Positions 10,899-20,283 of a DNA stretch of 64,000 nt are shown here, piece by piece (the first letter of the stretch is position 1; every line of letters begins with the position of its first letter). The notes under the pieces are model-generated. The model had not been told where the DNA came from and did not search any database. It was given only the letters and a program-made list of their open reading frames with translations. The stretch spans positions 321 to 64,320 of the forward strand of contig JANXYG010000050.1 in the NCBI GenBank assembly GCA_025350245.1, in the 5' to 3' direction. Both the position numbers and the translations under genes were made by a program. The DNA is from Betaproteobacteria bacterium. Lineage in GTDB: Bacteria; Pseudomonadota; Gammaproteobacteria; Burkholderiales; Ga0077523.

Positions 10899-11921
10899 AT
10901 GGCTACGAATCGCACGCAGTTGCAAGGATGGAAAAGACGCGCGATGGCGCCCGTGGTCGTGGCGCTCGGTCTGGCCGGCACGGTAGGCCTCGCCATCGCC
11001 CCGTCCGACGCGCTCGCGCAGATCGCCAAGAACGAGGCGGCGGCAAGCCCCTGGGGGCCCACCGACGAAATCGGCACGTTGAACATGATGACCGACGCCA
11101 CCCGGCTCGACGTCCTGCGGCAGGTTGCCGGCGGCAAGGTCTACGACCTGGGCGTGGATCTGTTCATCGGCATGCCGATCTGTTGCGGCCCCTTCGGCGA
11201 CCCCAGTTTCCAGATCTTCATGACGCACATTCCGGCCCGCGGCGACGGCAAGGAAGTGCTGTCCTACGCCGGCGATGCCGTGTCGATGTACACGCACACC
11301 GGCACCCACCTCGATGCCCTGAACCACTTCGGGCTCAAGGGCAAGATCTGGAACAGGGTAAAAGCCGACGACGACCTCGGCGTGCGCGGGTGGACCAAGT
11401 CCGGCGTCGACAAGTACCCGCCCATCCTCTCCCGCGGCGTGATGATCGACGTCGCGAAGGCGAAGGGCGTCGCCTACCTGCCGCCGTCTTACTCCATCAC
11501 CGTGGCAGACCTGAAGGAGGCACTGCGGCAACAAGGCACCGCGCTCAAACCGGGCGACGTCGTGCTGATCCGGACCGGCCTGATGACGCTATGGCCCGAC
11601 CAGAACAAGTATCGCCTGCTGGACGAAGCCGGCCTGAGCCTCGAGGCCGCCCAATGGCTGGTCGAAGAGAACAAGTCGATGCTGCTGGGGGCGGACAGCC
11701 TGGGCGTGGAAAGTCTCCCTTCCACCGATCCGGCCAACTTCGTGCCGGTGCATAGCTACCTGCTGGTCGAGCAGGGCGTATCGATCATGGAAGCCATCTG
11801 GCTCGAAGACCTCGCGAAAGACCGGGTCTACGAGTTCCTGTTCATTGCCTCGCCGCTCAAGTTCCGCGGCGGCACGGCATCCCCGGTGCGACCGATCGCG
11901 ATCGCGATCCAGCACAAGTAG
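10899..11921 (+). CDS. Putative cyclase / kynurenine formamidase-like protein with signal peptide
   Basis: Start at ATG 10899 after GGAGG. N-terminal KRRAMAPVVVALGLAGTVGLAIAPSDALAQ is signal-like. The body resembles cyclase-family (arylformamidase-like) proteins (HTGTHLDALNHF). Confidence 0.7.
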   Translation: MATNRTQLQGWKRRAMAPVVVALGLAGTVGLAIAPSDALAQIAKNEAAASPWGPTDEIGTLNMMTDATRLDVLRQVAGGKVYDLGVDLFIGMPICCGPFGDPSFQIFMTHIPARGDGKEVLSYAGDAVSMYTHTGTHLDALNHFGLKGKIWNRVKADDDLGVRGWTKSGVDKYPPILSRGVMIDVAKAKGVAYLPPSYSITVADLKEALRQQGTALKPGDVVLIRTGLMTLWPDQNKYRLLDEAGLSLEAAQWLVEENKSMLLGADSLGVESLPSTDPANFVPVHSYLLVEQGVSIMEAIWLEDLAKDRVYEFLFIASPLKFRGGTASPVRPIAIAIQHK

Positions 11922-11922
11922 A

Positions 11923-11943
11923 CAGCGCAGGCTGGGGGTGGGC
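11923..11943 (+). repeat. REP-like dispersed repeat, short copy (CAGCGCAGGCTGGGGGTGGG)
   Basis: Shares the GCGCAG(G/C)CTGGGGGTGG core with copies near 40.9, 48.0, 56.8, 59.06 and 60.3 kb. Lies between convergent genes. Confidence 0.6.
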
Positions 11944-11950
11944 GTCACAC

Positions 11951-13114
11951 CTAGAACGACCGTGGCAGGCCGAGCATGTGCTCGGCCACATACGACAGGA
12001 TGAGGTTGGTCGAGATCGGCGCCACCTGATAGAGCCGGGTCTCGCGGAACTTGCGTTCGACGTCGTACTCGGCGGCAAAGCCGAAGCCGCCGTGGAACTG
12101 CAGGCAGGCGTTCGCCGCTTCCCACGAGGCTTTGGCGGCAAGGTACTTGGCCATGTTGGCTTCAGCGCCGCACGGCTGGTTGGCGTCGAACAGTTCGCAC
12201 GCCTTCCAGCGCATGAGGTTCGCCGCCTCGACCTCGATGTACGATTCCGCGATCGGAAACTGCACGCCCTGGTTGCGGCCGATGGGTGCCCCGAACACGA
12301 CACGATCTTTTACGTATTTTGTCACCCGGTCGATGAACCAGTAGCCGTCGCCGATGCATTCGGCGGCGATCAGCGTGCGCTCGGCATTGAGCCCGTCGAG
12401 AATGTACCGGAAGCCCTTGCCTTCCTCGCCGATCAGGTTCGCGGCCGGAATCTCGAGGTTGTCGAAAAACAACTCGTTGGTTTCGTGGTTGACCATGTTG
12501 CGGATCGGTCGCACGGTCAGGCCGGCCTTCAGGGCTGCATGCAGATCCACGATGAAGATCGACATGCCGTCCGACTTCTTCTTCACGTCGGCAATCGGGG
12601 TGGTGCGCGCCAGCAGGATCATCAGGTCGGAGTGCTGCACGCGCGAAATCCAGACCTTCTGGCCGTTGACGACATAGCGGTCGCCCTGCTTCACCGCCGT
12701 GGTCTTGATCTTGGTGGTGTCGGTGCCGGCGGAAGGTTCGGTCACGGCCATGGATTGCAGTCGCAGTTCGCCCTCCGCGATCCTGGGCAGGTAGTTGCAC
12801 TTCTGTTCGGCCGACCCATGCCGCAGCAGCGTGCCCATGTTGTACATCTGCCCGTGGCAGGCGCCGGCATTGCCGCCGGAGCGATTGATCTCTTCCATGA
12901 TCACCGACGCCTCGGCCAGGCCCAGACCGGAACCGCCGTACTCCTGCGGAATCATCGCCGCCAGCCAGCCAGCCTTCGTCAGTGCCTCGACGAACGCTTC
13001 GGGGTAACCCCGTGCCTCGTCGATCCTGCGGTGGTACTCGTCCGGAAAGTCCGCGCACAGGGCGCGCAGGGCCTCACGGATCTCCGGGTATTTCTCGGTT
13101 GTCGAATTCGGCAT
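11951..13114 (-). CDS. Acyl-CoA dehydrogenase
   Basis: 387-aa ORF with a typical ACAD layout and motifs (MAVTEPSAGTD, QFHGGFGFAAEYDVERKFRE). Confidence 0.9.
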   Translation of the reverse strand: MPNSTTEKYPEIREALRALCADFPDEYHRRIDEARGYPEAFVEALTKAGWLAAMIPQEYGGSGLGLAEASVIMEEINRSGGNAGACHGQMYNMGTLLRHGSAEQKCNYLPRIAEGELRLQSMAVTEPSAGTDTTKIKTTAVKQGDRYVVNGQKVWISRVQHSDLMILLARTTPIADVKKKSDGMSIFIVDLHAALKAGLTVRPIRNMVNHETNELFFDNLEIPAANLIGEEGKGFRYILDGLNAERTLIAAECIGDGYWFIDRVTKYVKDRVVFGAPIGRNQGVQFPIAESYIEVEAANLMRWKACELFDANQPCGAEANMAKYLAAKASWEAANACLQFHGGFGFAAEYDVERKFRETRLYQVAPISTNLILSYVAEHMLGLPRSF

Positions 13115-13135
13115 GACGGCGCGGTGGGGGTCGGG

Positions 13136-13999
13136 TCAGGCGAGTTCGGCCTCGGCTTCCAGCGCCTGCCAGCCGTCGTGATCGCGCGCCCATAGGGCAA
13201 CACGTCCATCCGGTTCGTGGCGTCCGCAGACAGTGAAGCGATGGATGTCGAACAGCGGTCGCAGGGCGCGAAAACTGAAACGGCGGATCCGGCCCTGCGG
13301 CAGATGGCGTCGCACCAGATCGACCAGCAAGGTCGCGATCAGCGGGCCGTGCACGATGAGGCCCGGATAGCCCTCGACCTGGGTGACATAGGGGCGGTCG
13401 TAGTGGATGCGGTGGCCGTTGAAGGTCAGCGCGGAGTAGCGGAACAGCAACACCGGATCCGGCACGATCTCGCGCGAAAAACTCTCGTCGACCGGCGCGG
13501 GTTGCGGCTTCGGCACCGGCGCATCGGCACGCGGATTCTCGCGATAGACGATGTCGTGTTCTTCAGTGAGAGCAATGCCGCGCGCGTTGGCAAACTCGTG
13601 GCGCACGGTCACGAAGACCAGTGAGCCGCTGCGCCCCGTCTTGCCGCTGACATCGACGATGCGCGAGGTGCGGGTGATGTGGTCACCGACCTGCAGTGGC
13701 GCATGGAATTCGAGCCGCCCGCCCGCCCACATCCGGCGCGGCAACGGCACCGGCGGCAGAAAACCGCCGCGCTTCGCGTGGCCGTCGGGGCCGATCTCGC
13801 TCTGGCGCGCCAGCGGCACGAAATACGTCCAGTGCCAGAGCGGCGGCACCTCACTGCCGTTTGCCGGTTCGGGGTCGTCGCGATCGAGCGTCGCCGACAG
13901 CGCGGCCATCGGCGTCGCGGTGGCGTGGTCGACTCGCGTCTCGGTGCGACCGATCCACTCGCGCAGGTGCTCCAGATCAACTGCGCCATCCACCGTCAC
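13136..13999 (-). CDS. MaoC-like (double hot-dog) acyl-CoA hydratase/dehydratase
   Basis: Start set at GTG 13999, overlapping the upstream stop as GTGA. Contains PPLWHWTYF..., RMWAGGRLEF and GLIVHGPL. Resembles itaconyl-/mesaconyl-CoA hydratase-type proteins. Confidence 0.8.
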   Translation of the reverse strand: MTVDGAVDLEHLREWIGRTETRVDHATATPMAALSATLDRDDPEPANGSEVPPLWHWTYFVPLARQSEIGPDGHAKRGGFLPPVPLPRRMWAGGRLEFHAPLQVGDHITRTSRIVDVSGKTGRSGSLVFVTVRHEFANARGIALTEEHDIVYRENPRADAPVPKPQPAPVDESFSREIVPDPVLLFRYSALTFNGHRIHYDRPYVTQVEGYPGLIVHGPLIATLLVDLVRRHLPQGRIRRFSFRALRPLFDIHRFTVCGRHEPDGRVALWARDHDGWQALEAEAELA

Positions 14000-15015
14000 A
14001 GGTTCACCACGATCTTGCCGAAGTGCCTGCCTTGCTCCATGTGGCGGAACGCATCCGCTGCTTGTTCCAAGGGAAACGAGGAATCGATCACGGGTTTTAG
14101 CTGGTGCTGTGCAATCGCCCGATTCATCGCCTCGAAGCGGGCGCGCGAACCAACCGCGATGCCCTGCATCCGGACCATGGGCCCGATGACTGCACGCAAC
14201 GGAATCTCCGCCTTGTAGCCCGCAACGAAACCGACCACGCCGATGAACCCGCCGAAGGCAAGCGAGGCCAGCGACTTGTCGAGCGTCGCCCCCGCGGTCT
14301 CGACGACGATCTCCACGCCCTTGCCCTGCGTGGCGTCTTTCACGGCGACGTGCCAGTCTGGCGTGGTGCGGTAGTTGATGCCGACGTCCGCCCCGAGCGC
14401 CTTGGCACGGGCGAGCTTCTCGTCGCTCGACGACAGCAGAATGACCCGGGCACCCGCCAGCTTCGCGAACTGCAAGGCGAACAACGCGACACCGCCGGTG
14501 CCTTGCACGAGCACCGTATCGCCGGACTTCACGCCGCCTTCCTGCAATGTCGACCATGCGGTCAACGCGGCGATCGGCAGGGTTGCCGCTTCGGTATCGC
14601 TCAGATTGGCGGGAACCGCCACGGCATCTTCGGCAGGCACCGCGATGTATTCCTGCAGCACGCCCGCGAGCGGCGCACCCAGCGTGCGCTTGGTGCGCAG
14701 TTCTAGCGTCGGCATGCCGTCGTGCCAGCCTTGCGTGTAGATCGGGGTGACGCGGTCACCGACCTTGAACCGTGTGACCTCGTCGCCGATCTCGACGACT
14801 TCGCCGCAAGCGTCGGATGCAGGCACATAGGGCAACGGCAGCGTTGGCAGATAGCCTTGCACCAGAACCGCAAGGTCGCGGTAGTTCAGGCTCGCGGCCC
14901 CGAGTCGCACCAGGATCTCGCCGCGGCGCGCCGTTGGCACCGGCCGCCGACCCAGTTTCAATGCATCGATCGAGAACGCCGTTGCTTCCAGCGCTCGCAT
15001 GGTGTCGGGTGTCAT
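13996..15015 (-). CDS. NAD(P)H:quinone oxidoreductase / zinc-type alcohol dehydrogenase superfamily (MDR)
   Basis: 339-aa ORF with an MDR fold pattern (SLNYRDL, GTGGVALFALQFAK). Confidence 0.85.
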   Translation of the reverse strand: MTPDTMRALEATAFSIDALKLGRRPVPTARRGEILVRLGAASLNYRDLAVLVQGYLPTLPLPYVPASDACGEVVEIGDEVTRFKVGDRVTPIYTQGWHDGMPTLELRTKRTLGAPLAGVLQEYIAVPAEDAVAVPANLSDTEAATLPIAALTAWSTLQEGGVKSGDTVLVQGTGGVALFALQFAKLAGARVILLSSSDEKLARAKALGADVGINYRTTPDWHVAVKDATQGKGVEIVVETAGATLDKSLASLAFGGFIGVVGFVAGYKAEIPLRAVIGPMVRMQGIAVGSRARFEAMNRAIAQHQLKPVIDSSFPLEQAADAFRHMEQGRHFGKIVVNL

Positions 15016-15102
15016 CTCACGATTCCTTCAGATGGGGTCGCGGCAGTCACGGCGCAGAGATGACCGCCCGCGGGCGGTCATCTCTGCGCGACGAAGTACC
15101 GG

Positions 15103-15855
15103 TCAGACCGCGCGGCCACCGTCCACCGGCAATTCGACACCGGTGATGAAATCGGCGAGATCCGAGGCCAGATAGACGGCGGCTTTGGCGATATCGAGCG
15201 GCGTGGCCAGCCGGCCGAGCGGAATGTTGCCGATGAACTTGGCGCGATTCTCCGGGGTGTTCGCCATGCCCATGAACGACTCGATCATGCCGGTGGGCGA
15301 CATGACCGGGCAGATTGCGTTGACGCGAATGTTGTCCGGACCGAGTTCGACCGCCATCGCCTTGGACATCAGATTGGCCGCGGCCTTGGAAGCGCTGTAC
15401 CAGACCAGCCCGGGCCGCGGACGCATGCCGGACACCGACCCCACATTGATGATCGCGCCGGATTTCTTCTGGCGCATCACCGGCACCACCGCCATCGCCA
15501 TCAGGTAGATCGCCTTGACGTTGACGTCGAAGCAGCGGTCGAACGTGGTCTCGTCGGTGTCGAGCATCGGCTGGTTCTTGTGGGTGTAGCCCGCGTTGTT
15601 GACGACGATGTCGATGGTGCCGAACTGCTTGATGGCAGCCGCGACCACGTGGTCGATGTCCGCCCGCTTCGTCACGTCGCATTTCACGGCGATGGCGTTG
15701 GCCCCGAGTTCTGCCGCCACCGCTTTCGCACCTGCTTCATTCAGATCCGCGACCACCACTTTCGCGCCTTCGGCCACGTACTGGCGAGAAATTTCCGCGC
15801 CAAAGCCACTGGCCGCACCGGTGACGATCGCAATCTTGTTCGCTAACAGAGCCAT
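15103..15855 (-). CDS. Short-chain dehydrogenase/reductase (SDR)
   Basis: Start at ATG 15855. TGAASGFG cofactor motif, NNAG, and the catalytic YSASKAA segment. Confidence 0.9.
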   Translation of the reverse strand: MALLANKIAIVTGAASGFGAEISRQYVAEGAKVVVADLNEAGAKAVAAELGANAIAVKCDVTKRADIDHVVAAAIKQFGTIDIVVNNAGYTHKNQPMLDTDETTFDRCFDVNVKAIYLMAMAVVPVMRQKKSGAIINVGSVSGMRPRPGLVWYSASKAAANLMSKAMAVELGPDNIRVNAICPVMSPTGMIESFMGMANTPENRAKFIGNIPLGRLATPLDIAKAAVYLASDLADFITGVELPVDGGRAV

Positions 15856-15863
15856 GAAGTCCC

Positions 15864-17318
15864 CTATCCGTGAAAGTTGACCACCGTCTTGGTGGTGGTC
15901 ATGTGTTCGAGCGCAAGGAAGCCCTTCTCGCGTCCGTGTCCGCTCTTTTTCATGCCGCCGAACGGCAGCTCGACGCCGCCACCCGCACCATAGCAGTTGA
16001 TGAACACTTGGCCGCAGCGCAGTTGCTTGGAAACCCGTTGCTGGCGTGCCCCATTGGCGGTCCATACCGCAGCGACGAGGCCGTATTCGGTGGAATTGGC
16101 GAGTTCGATGGCATCGGCTTCATCCTTGAACGGGATCGCGGAAAGCACGGGACCGAACAGTTCCTCGCAGGCCAGCGCATGGTTGCGGGGTACCGGACCG
16201 AACAGCGCCGGCGGCACCCAGTAGCCGCCGCTGTGCAGGCCTTCCGCCAACGCGCCTTGTGCCAGCAGCGGAACGCCACTGTCGACCGCCCGTTTGACGA
16301 AAGCGACGACCTTGTCGCGCTGCGTCGCATTCATGAGCGGGCCGCAGTCGAGGTTCATTTCGGGCGTGCCGACCCGCGTCTTGCGAAACAGGTCCGCCAG
16401 GCGCGCGACGAAGTCGTCGTAGATCTCCTGCTGCACCAGCAGGCGGCTGCCCGCCGAGCAGGTCTGACCCGCATGCTGCACGATCGCCTTGACCACGACC
16501 GGCAACGCCTTGTCGAGATCGGCATCGGCAAATACGATCTGCGGCGATTTTCCGCCAAGCTCAAGGGTGCAGGCAATGTGATTGCGCGCCGCCGCCTGCT
16601 GCACGAGCTGCCCGACTTCGGGTGACCCGGTGAAGCTGATGAAGTTGACGCCGGGGTGTGCGGTGAGCGCGGCGCCCGCGGTTTCGCCCAGACCGGTAAC
16701 GACGTTCAGGGCGCCAGCCGGCAGCCCCGCTTCGAGAGCGAGCTCGGAGATTTTCAGCGTGGACAGGCAGGCATCCTCCGAGGGCTTCACCACGGCGGCG
16801 TTGCCGACCGCCAATGCCGCCGCGACCGTGCGCGCGTATTGCTGCGCCGGATAATTCCAGGGAATGATGTGACCGGTAACGCCGTGCGGCTCGCGCAACA
16901 CGTTGACGGTGTAACCGTCGAGGAAAGGAATGACCTGGCCGTGCAGCTTGTCGGCGGCGCCGCCGTAGAACTCGAAATAACGCGCAGTGGCCAGGATGTC
17001 GGCGCGACCGGCGGCGATCGGCTTGCCGGTGTCCCGGGATTCGATCTGTGCGAGCTCTTCGAGGTGCTGTTCGATCAGGCGCCCCCAGCGCTGCAAGATG
17101 CGTCCACGCTCCGACGCGGGCGTCTTGCCCCAGGCGCCGTCGAGCGCCGCCTGGGCAGCGCGTACCGCGCGATCGATATCTTCGGCGCCGCCATCGGCGA
17201 TGTAGGCAAAGGGTTGCCCGTTGCAGGGATCGATCATCGGGATGCTGCCACCCTTGGCGGGCTGCAGCCATTTGCCATCGATCAGCAAGGCGTGCGATTC
17301 GAGTTTCATGTTGGTCAT
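15864..17318 (-). CDS. NAD(P)-dependent aldehyde dehydrogenase
   Basis: 484-aa ORF with ELGGKSP and the Cys-containing segment GQTCSAGSR typical of the ALDH family. Confidence 0.92.
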   Translation of the reverse strand: MTNMKLESHALLIDGKWLQPAKGGSIPMIDPCNGQPFAYIADGGAEDIDRAVRAAQAALDGAWGKTPASERGRILQRWGRLIEQHLEELAQIESRDTGKPIAAGRADILATARYFEFYGGAADKLHGQVIPFLDGYTVNVLREPHGVTGHIIPWNYPAQQYARTVAAALAVGNAAVVKPSEDACLSTLKISELALEAGLPAGALNVVTGLGETAGAALTAHPGVNFISFTGSPEVGQLVQQAAARNHIACTLELGGKSPQIVFADADLDKALPVVVKAIVQHAGQTCSAGSRLLVQQEIYDDFVARLADLFRKTRVGTPEMNLDCGPLMNATQRDKVVAFVKRAVDSGVPLLAQGALAEGLHSGGYWVPPALFGPVPRNHALACEELFGPVLSAIPFKDEADAIELANSTEYGLVAAVWTANGARQQRVSKQLRCGQVFINCYGAGGGVELPFGGMKKSGHGREKGFLALEHMTTTKTVVNFHG

Positions 17319-17505
17319 GGGGTCACTCCTGGCAGGCGGTTATGGGGGCTCGCGTCCGGACAAAACACGTCAATGGTAGGCGGATGCGTAGCGGACGAGA
17401 ATCGGCAATCAGGCAAGCGGGTTTCGCCGATGGCGAAGACCCCGGTCGCCATTCGTCAACGGGATGTCGTGAAGCCGGTTCATGGCCGGGGCCGTGTGGT
17501 GCGCG

Positions 17506-18312
17506 TCACATGCCGCGTCGCGCGGCGTCGCGCACCATCTGCTCGGCCTTGAGGATCACCGGGCGGTCAACCATGCGGCCGTCGAGCGCCACCGCGGCAC
17601 CGCCCGATTCGGCTGCCGCGGCGAGCACGCGCTTCGCCCACACCAGGTCGTCGGCGGACGGCGCAAAGGCGGCATTCACGGGCGCGACCTGCCGCGGATG
17701 GATGCAGAGCTTGCCGCCGAAGCCGATGCGTCGGGCCCGATGCGTGTCGGCGGCGACTTGCGCGATGTCGTCCAGCGCGGTGCTGGGCCCGTCGACCGGC
17801 GGCTGGATGCCGGCCAGGCGCGACGCCAGCACCAGCGCCGAGCGGAAGTAGGCCAGTTCGTCGCCCTCGCCGTCGATGCCCATATCGACCTGGAAATCCA
17901 GGGTGCCAAAGAGCAGGCGCTCAACGCCGGGCGCTGACGCGAGCGCGCGAGCCTGCTCGAACCCCAGTGCGGTTTCGATCTGGGGCAGCAGGAACTTGCC
18001 GGTCTCGGCGCAGATCGCCTGGAGTGCGCCGTCGATGCGCTCGGCCTTGGGCAGCACGATGCCGACAATGCCCGGCGCACGTGCCAATTTCAGATCGTCG
18101 CCGAACCACTCGGTGGTGTCGGCGTTGATCCGCAACAGGACCTGTTTCTCCGCGGTCAGCCAGACCCCGACCGCCGTGCGAGCCGCTGCTTTCGCGGCAG
18201 GCGCGACCGCATCCTCCAGATCGACGATCACCGCATCGGCGCCGGCCGCGAGCGCCTTGTCGAACCGGTCCGGACGGTTGCCCGGGACAAAGAGGTAGGA
18301 GCGCGCGATCAT
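17506..18312 (-). CDS. HpcH/HpaI aldolase - citrate lyase beta (CitE)-like acyl-CoA lyase
   Basis: Start at ATG 18312 (MIARSYLFVPGNRPDRFDKA...), and DLEDAV. Typical of CitE-like (S)-citramalyl-/malyl-CoA lyases. Confidence 0.85.
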   Translation of the reverse strand: MIARSYLFVPGNRPDRFDKALAAGADAVIVDLEDAVAPAAKAAARTAVGVWLTAEKQVLLRINADTTEWFGDDLKLARAPGIVGIVLPKAERIDGALQAICAETGKFLLPQIETALGFEQARALASAPGVERLLFGTLDFQVDMGIDGEGDELAYFRSALVLASRLAGIQPPVDGPSTALDDIAQVAADTHRARRIGFGGKLCIHPRQVAPVNAAFAPSADDLVWAKRVLAAAAESGGAAVALDGRMVDRPVILKAEQMVRDAARRGM

Positions 18313-18358
18313 GGGTTGGGAAGCGGCACTGGCGAACGTTGACGGCAGCGGCACAGGC

Positions 18359-19537
18359 TCAGATCGCCCCATCGGCGCGCAGACGGGCGATCTCGGTTTC
18401 GCCGTAACCGATCTCCGCAAGGATCGCGTCGGTATGCTGGCCGACCGCCGGAATCGGATCCATGCGCGCGTTGAAGCTTTCCGGCATTCCCGGTGGCCGC
18501 ATCGCCAGGATCTTTCCGTTCGGTGTGTCCACCTCGGCCCAGCGTTTGCGCGCTTCGAGTTGCGCGTGATGCCAGACCTGATCCATGTCGTTCATATTGG
18601 CGTTGCCGATCTGCGCTTCATCCAGGCGTTTCACCACTTGTGCGCCAGTGAGCCGGGAGAACGCCTCCACGATGATGGGGTACAGCTCGCTTCTGGCATT
18701 GGATCGGCGCGTGCTCGAGGAGAACCGCGGGTCGGTCTCGAGGTCGGGTTGCTCCAGCACCTTGTCGCAGAACACCACCCACTCGCGCTCGTTCTGCAAA
18801 CCCAGCATCACGACTTGGCCATCGCCGACGGGGAACGGCCCGTACGGGTAGATCGTGGCGTGCGACGCACCGGCGCGCGCGGGAGGCGTAGCACCGTCAT
18901 AGGCGTAGTAAAGCGGGAAGCTCATCCACTCCGCCATGCTTTCGAGCATGGAGACGTCGATGTTGCAGCCCTTGCCGGTCTTGCCGCGATGGATCAGGGC
19001 GGCGAGGATGTTCGTGTACGCATACATCCCGGCGGCGATGTCGACGATGGAGCAACCGGCTTTCGACGGCGTATCGGGTGTGCCGGTGATCGAGAGCAAC
19101 CCGGATTCGCTCTGGATCAGCAGGTCGTAGGCCTTCTTGTCGCGGTAAGGTCCATCGGCGCCGTAACCGGATACGTCGCACACGATGAGCCGCGGGAACT
19201 CGTCCTTCAGCAGTTCATAGGAAAACCCCATGCGGGCGGCGGCACCGGGCGCGAGGTTCTGCACCAGCACATCCGCGGTGGCCAGCAACTTGCGCACGAT
19301 CTCCCGGGCATCGGCCTGCTTCAGGTCGAGCGTGATGCTTTCCTTTGATCGGTTGGTCCAGACGAAATGCGACGAGAGACCTTTGACACGGTCATCGTAG
19401 GCACGCGCCGGATCGCCCACGCCGGGCCGCTCGATCTTGATGACACGGGCGCCCAGATCCGCCAGTTGCCGCGTGCAGAACGGCGCGGCGATCACGTGCT
19501 CGAGCGCGACGACTGTGACTCCATCCAATGGACGCAT
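18359..19537 (-). CDS. Family III (CaiB/BaiF) CoA-transferase
   Basis: 392-aa ORF. The N-terminus MRPLDGVTVVALEHVIAAPFCTRQLADLGARVIKIE is the canonical family III CoA-transferase signature region. Confidence 0.9.
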   Translation of the reverse strand: MRPLDGVTVVALEHVIAAPFCTRQLADLGARVIKIERPGVGDPARAYDDRVKGLSSHFVWTNRSKESITLDLKQADAREIVRKLLATADVLVQNLAPGAAARMGFSYELLKDEFPRLIVCDVSGYGADGPYRDKKAYDLLIQSESGLLSITGTPDTPSKAGCSIVDIAAGMYAYTNILAALIHRGKTGKGCNIDVSMLESMAEWMSFPLYYAYDGATPPARAGASHATIYPYGPFPVGDGQVVMLGLQNEREWVVFCDKVLEQPDLETDPRFSSSTRRSNARSELYPIIVEAFSRLTGAQVVKRLDEAQIGNANMNDMDQVWHHAQLEARKRWAEVDTPNGKILAMRPPGMPESFNARMDPIPAVGQHTDAILAEIGYGETEIARLRADGAI

Positions 19538-19721
19538 CTATTACATCCTTGCTACGGCAAAACCTGGTTTCTCAGATAGGCGCATCGCCTTGCGCGCCGC
19601 AGCATGAAGCAAGCACCTGCGGCGGGCAACCGGCGCGCGGTCGATCAGGCAAGACGCGCATCGACGCGACCGGCGAGTATGCGGAATCCGGGAATCCAGC
19701 GGAAGCTGAAAACCGTCATAT

Positions 19722-19744
19722 GCCCTTCGCCTTCGGCGAAGGGC
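19722..19744 (-). terminator. Hairpin downstream of the eroded dehydrogenase (possible terminator)
   Basis: GCCCTTCGCC-TTC-GGCGAAGGGC forms a 10-bp perfect stem. The U-tract on the minus strand is weak. Confidence 0.35.
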
Positions 19745-19778
19745 GCGTTCGTCGGCCGCGGGCTCACGGTCGTTCGGC

Positions 19779-20266
19779 TCAACCCGAATTCGGCCAACCG
19801 CTTCGAAGCGCCTCCGGATTCAGCACCCGTACCGGCTTGCCCTCCATGAACGCGGTCACGTTCTCGATCGATTCTCGATAGAACTGCGAGTAGACCTCTT
19901 CGGTGCAATAGCCCAGATGCGGCGACAGCACGACGTTTGGAAATGTGCGCAGGGGATGGTCGGCCGCGAGCGGCTCCTGCCAGTAGACGTCCAGTGCCGC
20001 GGTCAGCGCGCCCTGTTGGAGGCGTTGCAGCAAGGCGGTCTCGTCAACCAGCCCCGCCCGCGCCGTGTTCACCAGGATGGCGCCCGGTTTCATCTGCTCG
20101 AACTCCCGCGCACCGATTCTGCCGACCCCGACGACGCCGAGCGTGCGGCCCTCGAGCAAGGTGCCGGACGGGATGCCGACCTGGAAACCGCCTGCGCGCA
20201 TGGCGCGATCGCCCGCAGGTACATGCCGCGCGGCTGCCAGTCGTCGAGCACGGCGATTCTTGTCAG
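19779..20266 (-). pseudogene. Eroded D-isomer-specific 2-hydroxyacid dehydrogenase
   Basis: The C-terminal piece (ORF 19779..20201) reads GRTLGVVGVGRIGA then jumps straight to ...MKPGAILVNTARAGLVDE...SPHLGY, lacking about 50 residues of the NAD domain. The N-terminal remnant TRIAVLDDWQ lies in another frame (20237..20263). It is preceded by GGGAGA plus CTG where a start codon is expected. Confidence 0.7.
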
Positions 20267-20283
20267 TTGAGGATCTCCCACGC

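Noticed and set aside
13136-14557. 473-aa form of the MaoC ORF
   Set aside because: The first 186 codons overlap the quinone oxidoreductase gene in another frame and are Arg-rich nonsense. A GTG at 13999 coupled to the upstream stop gives a normal-length protein.
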